A DNA stretch of 64,000 nucleotides, taken from positions 2,951 to 66,950 of the forward strand of contig JBHGWS010000001.1 in the NCBI GenBank assembly GCA_041936745.1, in the 5' to 3' direction. The number at the start of each line of letters is the position of its first letter. Within the stretch, counting starts at the first letter, position 1. The notes below the pieces were generated by a model. It ran no database searches and was not told the origin of the DNA. It saw only the letters and a program-made list of their open reading frames with translations. Origin of the DNA: Candidatus Darwinibacter acetoxidans (GTDB lineage: Bacteria; Bacillota; Limnochordia; Darwinibacteriales; Darwinibacteriaceae). Below are positions 30,959 through 42,054 of this stretch, piece by piece. Made by a program: the position numbers and the translations under genes.

Positions 30959-31653
30959 GATTGAAAAAGCGGCCTGTTTATGCCAGTTTTAATGATGCCT
31001 TACAGGGCGTTATGTATGTGGTGCGCACGCAGCGGAATATGAGAGTGCATTTAATGACCGGCCTGCTTGTAGTAATTTTGGCTACAGCTTTAGGCGTCCC
31101 CCGCGTTGAGCTGATGATTCTTCTTTTAACTGTGGGCGCTGTGTTTATTGCGGAAGTAATCAACACGGCCGTGGAGGAAATTGTGAATTTAGTTACCGCT
31201 GAATATCATCCTTTGGCGGCGGTGGCGAAAAACGTAGCGGCGGGGGCAGTCCTCATAGCCGCACTTATTGCTGTCTGTATCGGTTACTTGGTCTTTATTG
31301 ATTATTTCTTAAAATTTGATTCCTCAATTTTCCGCCGGGCCATCCCTGTGCGCTACTTGATTATCATGACGATCATTACAGTTATCTTTGTAATTGTGAG
31401 CTTAAAGGCCCGCACGGGCAGGGGCGAACTGCTGCGGGGCGGGATGCCTTCGGGCCATACTGCAGTAGCCTTTGTGTTGGCTGCGGCCATCTGGCAGACA
31501 AGCCGGGGCTGGCCTGTGGTGGCCGGGTTTGTCTTAGCGGGTTTGGTCGCCCAAAGCAGGGTGGAAGGGAAAATACATAATTGGTGGGAAGTAGCCGCGG
31601 GGGCCTTAATCGGCGGCCTAATCACCTTTATTTTATTCCAGTTGAAAGCTTAG
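30955..31653 (+). CDS. dgkA: Fusion protein: DgkA (prokaryotic diacylglycerol/undecaprenol kinase) N-terminal domain joined to a C-terminal PAP2 phosphatase domain
   Basis: DgkA motif EVINTAVEEIVN within 3 TM segments. C-terminal KxxxxxxR..PSGH..SRxxxxxHxxxE PAP2 signature. Confidence 0.7.
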   Translation: MRLKKRPVYASFNDALQGVMYVVRTQRNMRVHLMTGLLVVILATALGVPRVELMILLLTVGAVFIAEVINTAVEEIVNLVTAEYHPLAAVAKNVAAGAVLIAALIAVCIGYLVFIDYFLKFDSSIFRRAIPVRYLIIMTIITVIFVIVSLKARTGRGELLRGGMPSGHTAVAFVLAAAIWQTSRGWPVVAGFVLAGLVAQSRVEGKIHNWWEVAAGALIGGLITFILFQLKA

Positions 31654-31664
31654 GAGGGTTGGGT

Positions 31665-32075
31665 ATGAGTGGGCGGGAATTATTAGAAGAAGCCATAAAA
31701 GCCAGAGAGCGCGCTTATGTCCCTTATTCTGATTTTAAAGTGGGAGCCGCGGTGCTGACAAAAGGGGGCAAGGTTTTTACCGGCTGCAATATTGAAAATG
31801 CCGCCTTCGGCCCGACTATTTGTGCTGAAAGGACTGCCATCTTCAAAGCCGTCTCCGAAGGTTACCGAGAGTTCCGGGCTTTAGCTGTGGTTACGGCTAC
31901 CCCTAACCCGGCCAGCCCCTGCGGAGTCTGCCGGCAGGTTATCGCTGAATTTTTTCAGGCCGACACCCCAATTTACTTAGGGAACTTACAAGGGGATCTT
32001 GTGAAAAGCAATATTGAAAAACTGCTGCCGGGGGCCTTTGGCGCTCGTGATTTGGCACAAAAAGGTGAGGTTTAA
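31665..32075 (+). CDS. cdd: Cytidine deaminase
   Basis: CAER...PCGVCRQ zinc motifs. GGAGGG RBS. Confidence 0.85.
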   Translation: MSGRELLEEAIKARERAYVPYSDFKVGAAVLTKGGKVFTGCNIENAAFGPTICAERTAIFKAVSEGYREFRALAVVTATPNPASPCGVCRQVIAEFFQADTPIYLGNLQGDLVKSNIEKLLPGAFGARDLAQKGEV

Positions 32076-32076
32076 G

Positions 32077-32961
32077 ATGGGCTTTAAATCGGGGTTTGTG
32101 GCAGTCGTAGGGCGGCCTAACGTAGGGAAATCAACGCTTTTAAATGCCCTGATCGGTGAAAAAGTGGTGATTGTCTCCGATAAACCGCAGACGACACGCA
32201 ATACCGTCAGATGTGTTTTGACAACTGACTCGGCGCAGATCGTCTTTTTAGATACACCGGGCCTGCACAAGCCCCTGCACAGATTGGGCGAATACATGGT
32301 GCAGAGCACTTTTAGGGCTCTATCCGAGGTGGATCTTGTCTTGTGGCTCGTGGAAATGGGCAATTGGACCAGGACAGATGAACATATCGTAGCTGAATTA
32401 GCCCATGTGGAAGTGCCTATTATTTTGGTTTTGAGCAAAGCCGATCTGGTGGCTTCCGAGGAGCACGAGGCTTTCCGGGAGTTCGTGGAAGAAAAACGGG
32501 AGTTTGCCGCGGCAGTAGCTGTTTCCGCCCGGGAAGGGACTAATTTAGCGCTCTTAACCGAGATGATCGTGGCCGGGCTGGAAGAAGGGCCCCAGTATTA
32601 TCCCGCAGATTGGCTCACAGATCACCCGGAGCGTTTTATTATCGCCGAATACATCAGAGAAGAACTCCTGCGGCGCACGGAAGAAGAGATACCTTATTCT
32701 TTAGCCGTCGGCGTCGACAAGATCGAGGAGGACCCCGAACAGAGTTTAATGCGCATTTGGGCGACAATTTACGTGGAAAGAGAATCGCAAAAGGGTATTG
32801 TCATCGGTAAAAAAGGCCAACTTTTAAAAGCAGTGGGCACGGGGGCCCGCAGGCAGATGGAAAAACTTCTGGGTGTGCAGGTTTACCTCAATTTGTGGGT
32901 CAAGGTCAAAAGAGACTGGCGCAACAAACCGGGGGCACTGCGGGAATTTGGTTACGAGTAA
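32077..32961 (+). CDS. era: GTPase Era
   Basis: GRPNVGKST and DTPG motifs, plus C-terminal KH domain. Confidence 0.9.
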   Translation: MGFKSGFVAVVGRPNVGKSTLLNALIGEKVVIVSDKPQTTRNTVRCVLTTDSAQIVFLDTPGLHKPLHRLGEYMVQSTFRALSEVDLVLWLVEMGNWTRTDEHIVAELAHVEVPIILVLSKADLVASEEHEAFREFVEEKREFAAAVAVSAREGTNLALLTEMIVAGLEEGPQYYPADWLTDHPERFIIAEYIREELLRRTEEEIPYSLAVGVDKIEEDPEQSLMRIWATIYVERESQKGIVIGKKGQLLKAVGTGARRQMEKLLGVQVYLNLWVKVKRDWRNKPGALREFGYE

Positions 32962-32989
32962 CACCCTCAAATTAAATTTGACCGGCGAA
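32962..32989 (+). promoter_or_regulatory. Candidate sigma-I-type promoter upstream of sigI (ACACCCTC ... CGAA)
   Basis: C-rich -35-like ACACCCTC, then 17 nt, then CGAA. This resembles the reported ACCCCC/CGAA sigma-I motif only loosely. Confidence 0.3.
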
Positions 32990-33011
32990 AGCTTTGAAGG
33001 GAGGTCCGGTT

Positions 33012-33758
33012 ATGACTACACATGCAGCTCAACAACAAAACGAGCAGATGGAATTAGCCGAACTGATAGATGCTGCCCAAAATGGGGACAAGCTGGCCCG
33101 GGAGAAGGTGCTGCGGGATTACCGCCCTTTTTTTCTCCGGGTAGCGTCTCAATCGTGCCATAAATATTTGGTGTTGGGTAGGGATGACGAAGCAAGTATT
33201 GCCATGATTGCATTTAATGAGGCCATAGATTCATATAATAGTGATGGGGGAGCATCGTTTCTCAGTTTCGCCGAAATAGTCATTAAGCGCCGCATGGTCG
33301 ATTATTTCCGCAGGCAGTCCCGGCGGCGGGATGAAATTCCTCTCTCAACTTTTCAAACAGAAGAACAAGAAGACGGCGTAATTCAGAAAATAGAGTCGAA
33401 AGAAGCTTTCGCAGTTCTGCAGATCCAAGAAGAAGCGGAGGAGCGGAGGGAAGAGATCTTTAGGTTGGATCAACTCCTGCGCCATTACGGGATTAGGTTT
33501 GCTGAGCTTGTCAAAATTTCGCCGAAACATCAAGATGCCAGGGACAGAGCCCTGAAGGTGGCCCGAATCTTAGTGGCTGAGCCTCATTTACTGGCTTACC
33601 TGACCAGCAGAAAGGTGCTGCCTTTAAAAGAGTTGGAAGGAAAGGTTGAAGTCAGCCGTAAAACTTTGGAGCGGCAGAGAAAATACATAATCACCTTAGC
33701 CTTGGTTTTAATGGGAGATTTTTATCATCTCCAAGAGTATTTAAACAGGCCGGTGTGA
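33012..33758 (+). CDS. sigI: RNA polymerase sigma factor SigI
   Basis: Strong similarity to B. subtilis SigI across regions 2 and 4 (IAFNEAIDSYN..ASFLSFAEIVIKRRMVDYFRRQ). GGGAGG RBS. Confidence 0.75.
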   Translation: MTTHAAQQQNEQMELAELIDAAQNGDKLAREKVLRDYRPFFLRVASQSCHKYLVLGRDDEASIAMIAFNEAIDSYNSDGGASFLSFAEIVIKRRMVDYFRRQSRRRDEIPLSTFQTEEQEDGVIQKIESKEAFAVLQIQEEAEERREEIFRLDQLLRHYGIRFAELVKISPKHQDARDRALKVARILVAEPHLLAYLTSRKVLPLKELEGKVEVSRKTLERQRKYIITLALVLMGDFYHLQEYLNRPV

Positions 33759-33773
33759 AAAGGGGGGACCAGT

Positions 33774-34651
33774 GTGAGGAATAAAGGGGTTGTTGTGGAG
33801 ATCGCTCCCGAGGGGAAAGTGATCATCATGACCTCTGGGGGAGAATTTCGGGAGGTTCCGTTTAGAAAACATGTACACGTTGGGCAGGAAATTCGCTACT
33901 CGCCCCGAAAAAAGCGTTTAAATATTTGGCAGCTCGGTTTAGCTGCCACATTATTCCTGGCTTTGGTTGGTACTTGGCCGCTGCTTACGGAAAAACTTGT
34001 GCCCGGCGAAGCGGCTTTTGTCCTGACCTTGGATCTTAACCCCAGCCTGGAGCTTCAAATCAGCACAAAGCAGCGGGTTTTGGCGGCGGAAGGACTCAAC
34101 CGGGACGGGAAAGAATTTCTCGCCCATTTGGATATTACGGGCCTTGAACTGGAGCCCGCTTTGGCTCAAATTACCGCAGAAGCCAGAAAAAGGGGCCACC
34201 TTAAGCAGGGGCGGGATCATGTTTTTGTCACTGTTGCCGCGCTTGACGGGGAAAAACCTACGGCTCGGGTTAAGATGGCAGAAGCCGATCAATACAATGA
34301 TTTGGAACAAACCGTCCACGATGCTTTCCGGACGATTGGCTCAGCTCAGGTAAAAATCTGGCGGGTTCCGCGCAAACTGCAGACGGAAGCAAAATTGGCC
34401 GGCATTACACCGGGCCGTTATGTAGTGATCCAGGCGCCGCTGCAGCGGATCGAAACCAGATTAACCATGCGCGATGCTCAGCCGACAAAGCAGGCAGCCG
34501 CCATTCCAATCGGCGAAAGAAATCAGCCGCGGCAGATTTCTTTAAAGCCCGCTGAAAGGGCACAGGCCTCTTTGACGGCCATGCGGGTAGCCGGGGCTTT
34601 AGATGTGGATTTCGGTGCCGGCTCGGGGAAAGGAGATTTTAGATTTTACGA

Positions 34652-34655
<4 letters not shown>
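33774..34655 (+). CDS. rsgI: Anti-sigma-I factor RsgI-like protein
   Basis: RsgI N-terminal domain (GVVVEIAPEGKVIIMTSGGEFREV), single TM, and a roughly 220-aa extracytoplasmic domain. Confidence 0.65.
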
Positions 34656-36800
<2,145 letters not shown>

Positions 36801-36863
36801 AGGATCTGGTGCAGCCGGGTAGAAAACATGTAGAGTAGTTTCTTACTGAAGGGGGTGAAGGTT

Positions 36864-37151
36864 ATGTTTTTGCAAGCCGAAGTTCCGGCAGCGCAGGGGT
36901 TATTGGGCATGCTGATGCCTTTTGTCCTGATCGCTGTGGTCTTTTATTTTATGATTATACGGCCGCAACAAAAACAGCAGAGGCAGAGGAAGGAAATGCT
37001 TGATGCGTTAAAAAAGGGCGATCAAGTAGTGACGGTTGGTGGAATTTACGGAGAATTACGAGCCCTGAAAGAGGATTACGTGACCCTGAAGATTGCGGAC
37101 CAAATGGAAATCAAAGTGTCCCGCAGCGGAATCAGCCATGTGGTTGAGTAG
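36864..37151 (+). CDS. yajC: Preprotein translocase subunit YajC
   Basis: TM segment followed by IIRPQQK. Confidence 0.8.
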   Translation: MFLQAEVPAAQGLLGMLMPFVLIAVVFYFMIIRPQQKQQRQRKEMLDALKKGDQVVTVGGIYGELRALKEDYVTLKIADQMEIKVSRSGISHVVE

Positions 37152-37164
37152 TCGAGTTGACTAA

Positions 37165-37220
37165 AACCACCGAAGGTGGTTAAGCCATCTGCAGATGGGC
37201 GCCTAGGTGGTTTTTGTTTT
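37165..37220 (+). other. Nested palindromes plus a T-run after yajC, consistent with a terminator or attenuator-like element
   Basis: aaccacc-gaa-ggtggtt, then ccatctg/cagatgg, then cctagg-tgg TTTTTGTTTT. Confidence 0.35.
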
Positions 37221-37238
37221 ACTTTTACTGGAAAGGGG

Positions 37239-37793
37239 ATGGACATGCGCAGGACTTTTCTTTTTGCCGTGATTCTAATTTTACTAAGCAGTGCCTTGGT
37301 GCAGGCCGGTTCCGGTTATAAGCACGATTTTTATAAGCATGATCATCCGAGTTACTGGTGGTATGTTGTGGAAAAACCCGGATTCAGCGCGGTTGTACCG
37401 TCTACAGCCCAAAGTTATATCGAACGCTCCATTTTCGGCATGGAAAAATTAGAGATGGCTTTTGAAGGCGGCGCTGTGACCATGGAAGTAATCCACCAGC
37501 CCGGTGACGATATTGAAGCCGTGAAAAAGAGCCTGCAGGAGCGGTACAAGCCCTTGGTCAAAGATGTCACTTTGATCTCGGATAGGGAAATAACTACCAC
37601 AAACCAGCTGAAGGCACACTTTTATGCTTATGAAGCGACGGGTGCCCACGGTAAAAAGGTGATTTTTCGCTCCGTATTATTTAAGCGGGAAGGCAGTATC
37701 GTCTATTTAACGCTGCTTTTGGATTCCGATGATTATCACGGGGATATGCGGGAGTATTGGATTCGGGCGGTAAATGAATTTGAGTGGGACTGA
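37239..37793 (+). CDS. Secreted hypothetical protein with a signal peptide
   Basis: Signal peptide MRRTFLFAVILILLSSALVQA. No recognizable domain. First gene of a three-gene cassette. Confidence 0.55.
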   Translation: MDMRRTFLFAVILILLSSALVQAGSGYKHDFYKHDHPSYWWYVVEKPGFSAVVPSTAQSYIERSIFGMEKLEMAFEGGAVTMEVIHQPGDDIEAVKKSLQERYKPLVKDVTLISDREITTTNQLKAHFYAYEATGAHGKKVIFRSVLFKREGSIVYLTLLLDSDDYHGDMREYWIRAVNEFEWD

Positions 37794-37811
37794 TAAAGGC
37801 GGGGGTTTTTC

Positions 37812-38519
37812 GTGGAAGTACACATCGGGGTAGCTAAGGTAGGTAAATATGCCGTGCGGACCAGCGGTGACTCCGTGGAGGTGGTGGAACGGCCCAACGG
37901 CGGGGTATCCGTCGTAATAGTGGACGGCCAAGGCCACGGCCGCGCCGCCAAACGCACCAGCCATATGATCGCGACTAAGGCTGCCAGTTTGATTGAGGAC
38001 GGTGCCCGCGACGGTGCTGTAATGCGGGTGATCAACGATCATTTATACGCCTTTAGGGACGGCCAGGTTTCCGCAACTGCCACCATACTCACAGCTGATT
38101 TAGATCACGATTGCTTAGTAATTTCGCGCAACTCCAATACCCCGGTGATCATCGGTTTAAAAAACGGCCCTCACTGCTTGGATCAACCGGCGGAGCCCAT
38201 CGGCGTACGCCGGCTGATCAAACCGGTCATCTCGCATTTTAATTTGGAACGGGAGACGATCTTGATCGGCTTTACCGATGGCGTAACGCAGGCGGGCCGC
38301 TACGGGGGCGGGGAACGCTTTGATTTCAACCTTGTTTATAACAAAATGAAAAGCGGTCATCCCAATGCCCAGGCCTTAGCGGACAGCATTTTGGACTACG
38401 CCATTGAATTGGATCAAGGAAAGCCAAAAGACGACATGGTCGTTGCAGTCCTGGCCCTTTTCAAGCGTCAGAGCGGGCTGGGGGTAAGAAGGCTGTCGGT
38501 TTTTTACCCCTGCCGGTAA
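37812..38519 (+). CDS. PP2C-family (SpoIIE/RsbU-like) serine phosphatase, stand-alone catalytic domain
   Basis: Metal-binding motifs VIVDGQGHG, FTDGVTQA and DDMVVAVL. Confidence 0.7.
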   Translation: MEVHIGVAKVGKYAVRTSGDSVEVVERPNGGVSVVIVDGQGHGRAAKRTSHMIATKAASLIEDGARDGAVMRVINDHLYAFRDGQVSATATILTADLDHDCLVISRNSNTPVIIGLKNGPHCLDQPAEPIGVRRLIKPVISHFNLERETILIGFTDGVTQAGRYGGGERFDFNLVYNKMKSGHPNAQALADSILDYAIELDQGKPKDDMVVAVLALFKRQSGLGVRRLSVFYPCR

Positions 38520-38533
38520 TTGAGGTGAGGTAA

Positions 38534-38914
38534 GTGGAGAAAGGGCCGCTGATCCTAATTGTGGGAGTCTGCGCTTCCGGGAAAACTACGTTGGCCGCAG
38601 GTTTGCGTGAATTAGGCTATAACGCCTTCAGTTTTGCCCAAGAGCACTCCGTCAGCAGTACCTTGTGGCAGCGTTTTCAGCCTGATGTGCTAATTGTCCT
38701 CCACTGCCGCTTAGAAACCATCAAGCGCAGGAAGGAGATCTCCTGGGGTTTAAAACGGTACCGCTTACAGCTGGCAAGGTTGGAGCATGCCGCAAGCCGG
38801 GCTTCCCTGTTTGTGGCAACGGATGAGTTTACCCCAAAGCAGCTGATCGATCATGTGCAGGAAAAACTCGCCGGCTTAGGAATCGAAGCCCCAACCGAAA
38901 GGGGTCGCGGCTAG
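38534..38914 (+). CDS. Small P-loop NTPase with a GTG start
   Basis: Walker A GVCASGKTT and a hydrophobic Walker B-like strand DVLIVLH. 126 aa. Confidence 0.55.
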   Translation: MEKGPLILIVGVCASGKTTLAAGLRELGYNAFSFAQEHSVSSTLWQRFQPDVLIVLHCRLETIKRRKEISWGLKRYRLQLARLEHAASRASLFVATDEFTPKQLIDHVQEKLAGLGIEAPTERGRG

Positions 38915-38940
38915 ACACCTGCCCTGCGCGGTAGTATAAT
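38912..38940 (+). promoter_or_regulatory. sigma-A promoter of secDF: TAGACA, 17-nt spacer, TATAAT
   Basis: Read directly from the sequence. Confidence 0.5.
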
Positions 38941-38984
38941 ACTTTTGGTAATTGCAAATTTAAACGTTAAAGGAGGAGTCGCAT

Positions 38985-40196
38985 TTGAGACACGCAAGCG
39001 GCTGGAGAATTGGCATTATCCTGGCTGTGCTGGTCGTAGCAGGTGTGTTTTTGTATTTGACACCCTTCAATTTAGGCCTGGATCTTAAAGGTGGGGTGCA
39101 CGTTGTTTTGGAAGCGGAAGAAACAACGGAACCTGTCACCAATGAAAACATGATGGGGGTCGTGTCCATTATCGAACGGCGGATTAATGCCTTAGGCGTG
39201 GCGGAGCCTTTAATTCAACGCCAGGGCAGCCACCGGATAATTATTGAACTGCCGGGCATTCACGATCAACAGCAGGCCATTGATACAGTGGGTAAGACAG
39301 CATTATTGGAATTCAAAGATCCCCACGGCGATACGGCCTTGGACGGTTCATTTTTAAAGAACGTCAACTTGGGGACGGATCGGTATGGGCGCCCTGCCAT
39401 TGATCTGGAATTCGACCGGGAAGGGGTCCAGTTATTTGCCCAGCTGACCACCCGTTACCAAGGCCAGATCACGGAAATTGTCCTGGACGGCGACATTCTG
39501 CAGCAGGTGATGATCAGGGAGCCTATCTCAGAGGGTAAAGCTCAAATTACAGGCAATTTTACGCACGAAGAGGCCAGGCATATGGTAGTTTTACTGCAGG
39601 AAGGCTCGCTGCCCGTACCGATGAAAATCATGGAAATCAGGAATGTGGGCCCCACTTTGGGCCAAGACTCCATTAATCGCAGTTTTAAAGCGGGCATTGT
39701 TGGCATCATTTTAGTCTTTGCCTATATGTTTATCTACTACAAACTGCCGGGCTTAGTTGCGGACGTTGCTCTTTTGGCTTATACCGCCATCCTTTTAGGC
39801 GTACTTTCCGCAATTCACGCCGTTTTGACCCTGCCGGGCATAGCGGGGATTATTCTGTCGGTGGGAATGGCCGTGGATGCCAACGTTTTAATCTTCGAAA
39901 GAATTAGGGAAGAGCTGGCGGAAGGCAAGCGGCTGCGCTCAGCCATCGATGTTGGTTTCAACAGGGCTTTTCGGACAATTTTGGATTCCAACGTAACTAC
40001 ATTAATTACCGCCGTAGTTCTTTTCTATGTAGGAACGGGCTCTGTGCGCGGCTTTGCGGTTACGCTGGGGATTGGTATCCTGGTGAGCATGTTTACCGCG
40101 ATTGTAGTGACCAAAACGATCCTCAATTATTTCGTGGCTCATCAACCGGAAATGATCGGCAGGCATTTTAAGACGGGGGGGTTTAGAAGAGCATGA
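38985..40196 (+). CDS. secD: Protein translocase subunit SecD, with a TTG start
   Basis: SecD family sequence. AGGAGGAG RBS. Confidence 0.9.
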   Translation: MRHASGWRIGIILAVLVVAGVFLYLTPFNLGLDLKGGVHVVLEAEETTEPVTNENMMGVVSIIERRINALGVAEPLIQRQGSHRIIIELPGIHDQQQAIDTVGKTALLEFKDPHGDTALDGSFLKNVNLGTDRYGRPAIDLEFDREGVQLFAQLTTRYQGQITEIVLDGDILQQVMIREPISEGKAQITGNFTHEEARHMVVLLQEGSLPVPMKIMEIRNVGPTLGQDSINRSFKAGIVGIILVFAYMFIYYKLPGLVADVALLAYTAILLGVLSAIHAVLTLPGIAGIILSVGMAVDANVLIFERIREELAEGKRLRSAIDVGFNRAFRTILDSNVTTLITAVVLFYVGTGSVRGFAVTLGIGILVSMFTAIVVTKTILNYFVAHQPEMIGRHFKTGGFRRA

Positions 40197-41053
40197 ATTT
40201 TCTTCGATTTAGGCGGCAAGCATTTATCCTATCAGGTGTTTTAGCAGCCCTCTCAATCGTTTTCTTGTTTGTGCCGGGGCTTAATTTAGGCGTTGATTTT
40301 ACCGGCGGCACTATTTTAGAGCGCCAGGTAGAAAAAGCCGTGAGTACCAGCCGCGTGAGGGATGTTTTAGATGAATCGGTCCCGGAAGTGGATCTTTCAG
40401 GGGCAACCGTACAAATTTTGGACAGCCCTAATCAGTTTGTTGTGCGGACCAGGCAGCTGGACAACACAGAGATAATGCAAATAGATGAGGCGTTTAATAA
40501 AGAGTTCGGTAACTTAGTTGTTTTAAGGACAGACGTGGTCGGGCCTGTTATTGGCAGGGAACTGATTCAAAAAGCCCTGCTTGCGGTGGTATTAGCCTCT
40601 TTCGGTATTCTTTTGTACATCACCTTCCGCTTCGAATACCGCTTCGCGACTGTGGCGGTCGTGGCTTTGCTCCATGATGTTTTACTCGTGATCGGCTTTT
40701 TTGCCTTAACGCAAAGGGAAGTCAACAGCCCCTTTGTGGCTGCGGTGTTGACGGTCCTCGGTTATTCCATCAACGACACCATAGTTATTTTCGACCGCAT
40801 CAGGGAAAATTTGCGCTTCAGGCGGCGGGAAAGCTACGCGGAGATCGTCAATACAAGCCTTAAGCAGAGTTTAAGCCGGACTTTAAATACGAGTGTGACC
40901 ACTTTCATTGTCGTTTTTATGCTCGTTTTGTTCGGCGGCAGCGCCATTCGGGACTTTGCTTTGGCTTTGCTTTTAGGAATTGTGATAGGCACCTACTCCT
41001 CTTTAATGCTGGCCGGGCCCCTTTGGGAAACCTGGGTGCGAAAAAGCCAATAA
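40193..41053 (+). CDS. secF: Protein translocase subunit SecF
   Basis: SecF family sequence. ATGA overlap with secD. Confidence 0.9.
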   Translation: MNFLRFRRQAFILSGVLAALSIVFLFVPGLNLGVDFTGGTILERQVEKAVSTSRVRDVLDESVPEVDLSGATVQILDSPNQFVVRTRQLDNTEIMQIDEAFNKEFGNLVVLRTDVVGPVIGRELIQKALLAVVLASFGILLYITFRFEYRFATVAVVALLHDVLLVIGFFALTQREVNSPFVAAVLTVLGYSINDTIVIFDRIRENLRFRRRESYAEIVNTSLKQSLSRTLNTSVTTFIVVFMLVLFGGSAIRDFALALLLGIVIGTYSSLMLAGPLWETWVRKSQ

Positions 41054-41070
41054 AAGGGCAAGAATAAAAA

Positions 41071-41094
41071 CTGGCGGTTTTTGCCGCCAGTTTT
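41071..41094 (+). terminator. secDF terminator
   Basis: Stem ctggcgg/ccgccag, loop TTTTTG, then TTTT. Confidence 0.6.
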
Positions 41095-41346
41095 CATATG
41101 TGCAACCTGCCAGTGCCTAACTTGATGATGAGGGGGCACCAAGGGGCCGGCGGTTCAACCGTCGACAGAAAAAAGCGTGACGAGCAAAGTTTCGGCCAAA
41201 GGAGAACCGAAAACACAAGTAGGTTCTTGGAAAGGGTGGAGGAAAAACAAACACGCTTGCAAAACTTGAAAAACCTCGGGAGAACATATTAAGCGAACAG
41301 CATATTTCAGTTTTGCAGAGTTGGGACGTAAACTTTAAACCGCCGT

Positions 41347-41386
41347 ATACCGGATGGTACAGACGGCGGTGTGAAAGGCCCGGCCG
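41347..41386 (-). terminator. Candidate hpt terminator on the minus strand
   Basis: On the reverse complement, hairpin ccgccgt...acggcgg is followed by TTTAAAGTTT. Confidence 0.4.
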
Positions 41387-41415
41387 CCATTTTTGGGCGG
41401 CCTCCTGTTCGATTT

Positions 41416-41955
41416 TTATTCATTCTCGTAGTACTCGGGTTTAGGTATGAAAACATAGGGAATATTACGGTAAAGCTGCTTGAAATCCAGGCCGTAGCCG
41501 ACCAAAAACTCTTTAGGAACCTCAAAGCCGACGTAGTCTAAAGGAATTTCCACCCGCCGGTTAGCGGGCTTATTCAAAAGCGTGCAGATCCGAAGAGATG
41601 CAGGGCCGCGGCTGTGCAGGTTCTTTAATAGATAACTTAAAGTCAGCCCCGTATCAATGATGTCTTCCACGATGATTACGTCTTTGCCTTCAATACTTTC
41701 TTCCAGATCCTTGGTAATCCGGACCACACCAGAAGAGACCGTAGCATCGCCGTAGCTGGAGACTGACATGAAATCGTAGGTAACGGGTGAGGTAATATGC
41801 TTTGCCAAGTCACACAAAAACATCAGCCCACCCTTTAAAATGCAGATCAGGGATATTTGGCGGCCCCCGTAATCCTTTGAAATCTCCCAAGCCAGCTCGC
41901 GTACTCGTTTCTGGATTTCTTCTTCGCTTAATAAAATATCTTTAACTATATCCAC
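41416..41955 (-). CDS. hpt: Hypoxanthine-guanine phosphoribosyltransferase, with a GTG start
   Basis: PRPP-binding motif VIIVEDIIDTGLT. AAGGAG RBS. Confidence 0.85.
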   Translation of the reverse strand: MDIVKDILLSEEEIQKRVRELAWEISKDYGGRQISLICILKGGLMFLCDLAKHITSPVTYDFMSVSSYGDATVSSGVVRITKDLEESIEGKDVIIVEDIIDTGLTLSYLLKNLHSRGPASLRICTLLNKPANRRVEIPLDYVGFEVPKEFLVGYGLDFKQLYRNIPYVFIPKPEYYENE

Positions 41956-41979
41956 GGCCTCACTCCTTTACTTTCCTAA

Positions 41980-42008
41980 ATGATACTATTCATGCGATTG
42001 AAGGTCAA
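41980..42008 (-). promoter_or_regulatory. sigma-A promoter of hpt on the minus strand: TTGACC, 17-nt spacer, TATCAT
   Basis: Reverse complement reads ttgacc ttcaatcgcatgaatag tatcat. Confidence 0.45.
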
Positions 42009-42054
42009 GAGCAGGGTTTAAGTTAAAAGAGTAGAAGCAACTGGGAACGGAGGC

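Noticed and set aside
41150-41165. GGTTCAA T-loop-like motifs (also at 55055) as possible tRNAs
   Set aside because: No acceptor, D or anticodon arms could be built around them. No tRNA genes are present in the window.
41098-41292. 64-aa ORF in the secF-hpt spacer
   Set aside because: It has no ribosome-binding site and starts inside the secDF terminator tail. Its composition is atypical for this genome. It is treated as non-coding, possibly an sRNA.
41956-42054. Purine riboswitch upstream of hpt
   Set aside because: The leader is under 100 nt and mostly occupied by overlapping divergent promoters. No conserved purine-aptamer junction motifs were seen.
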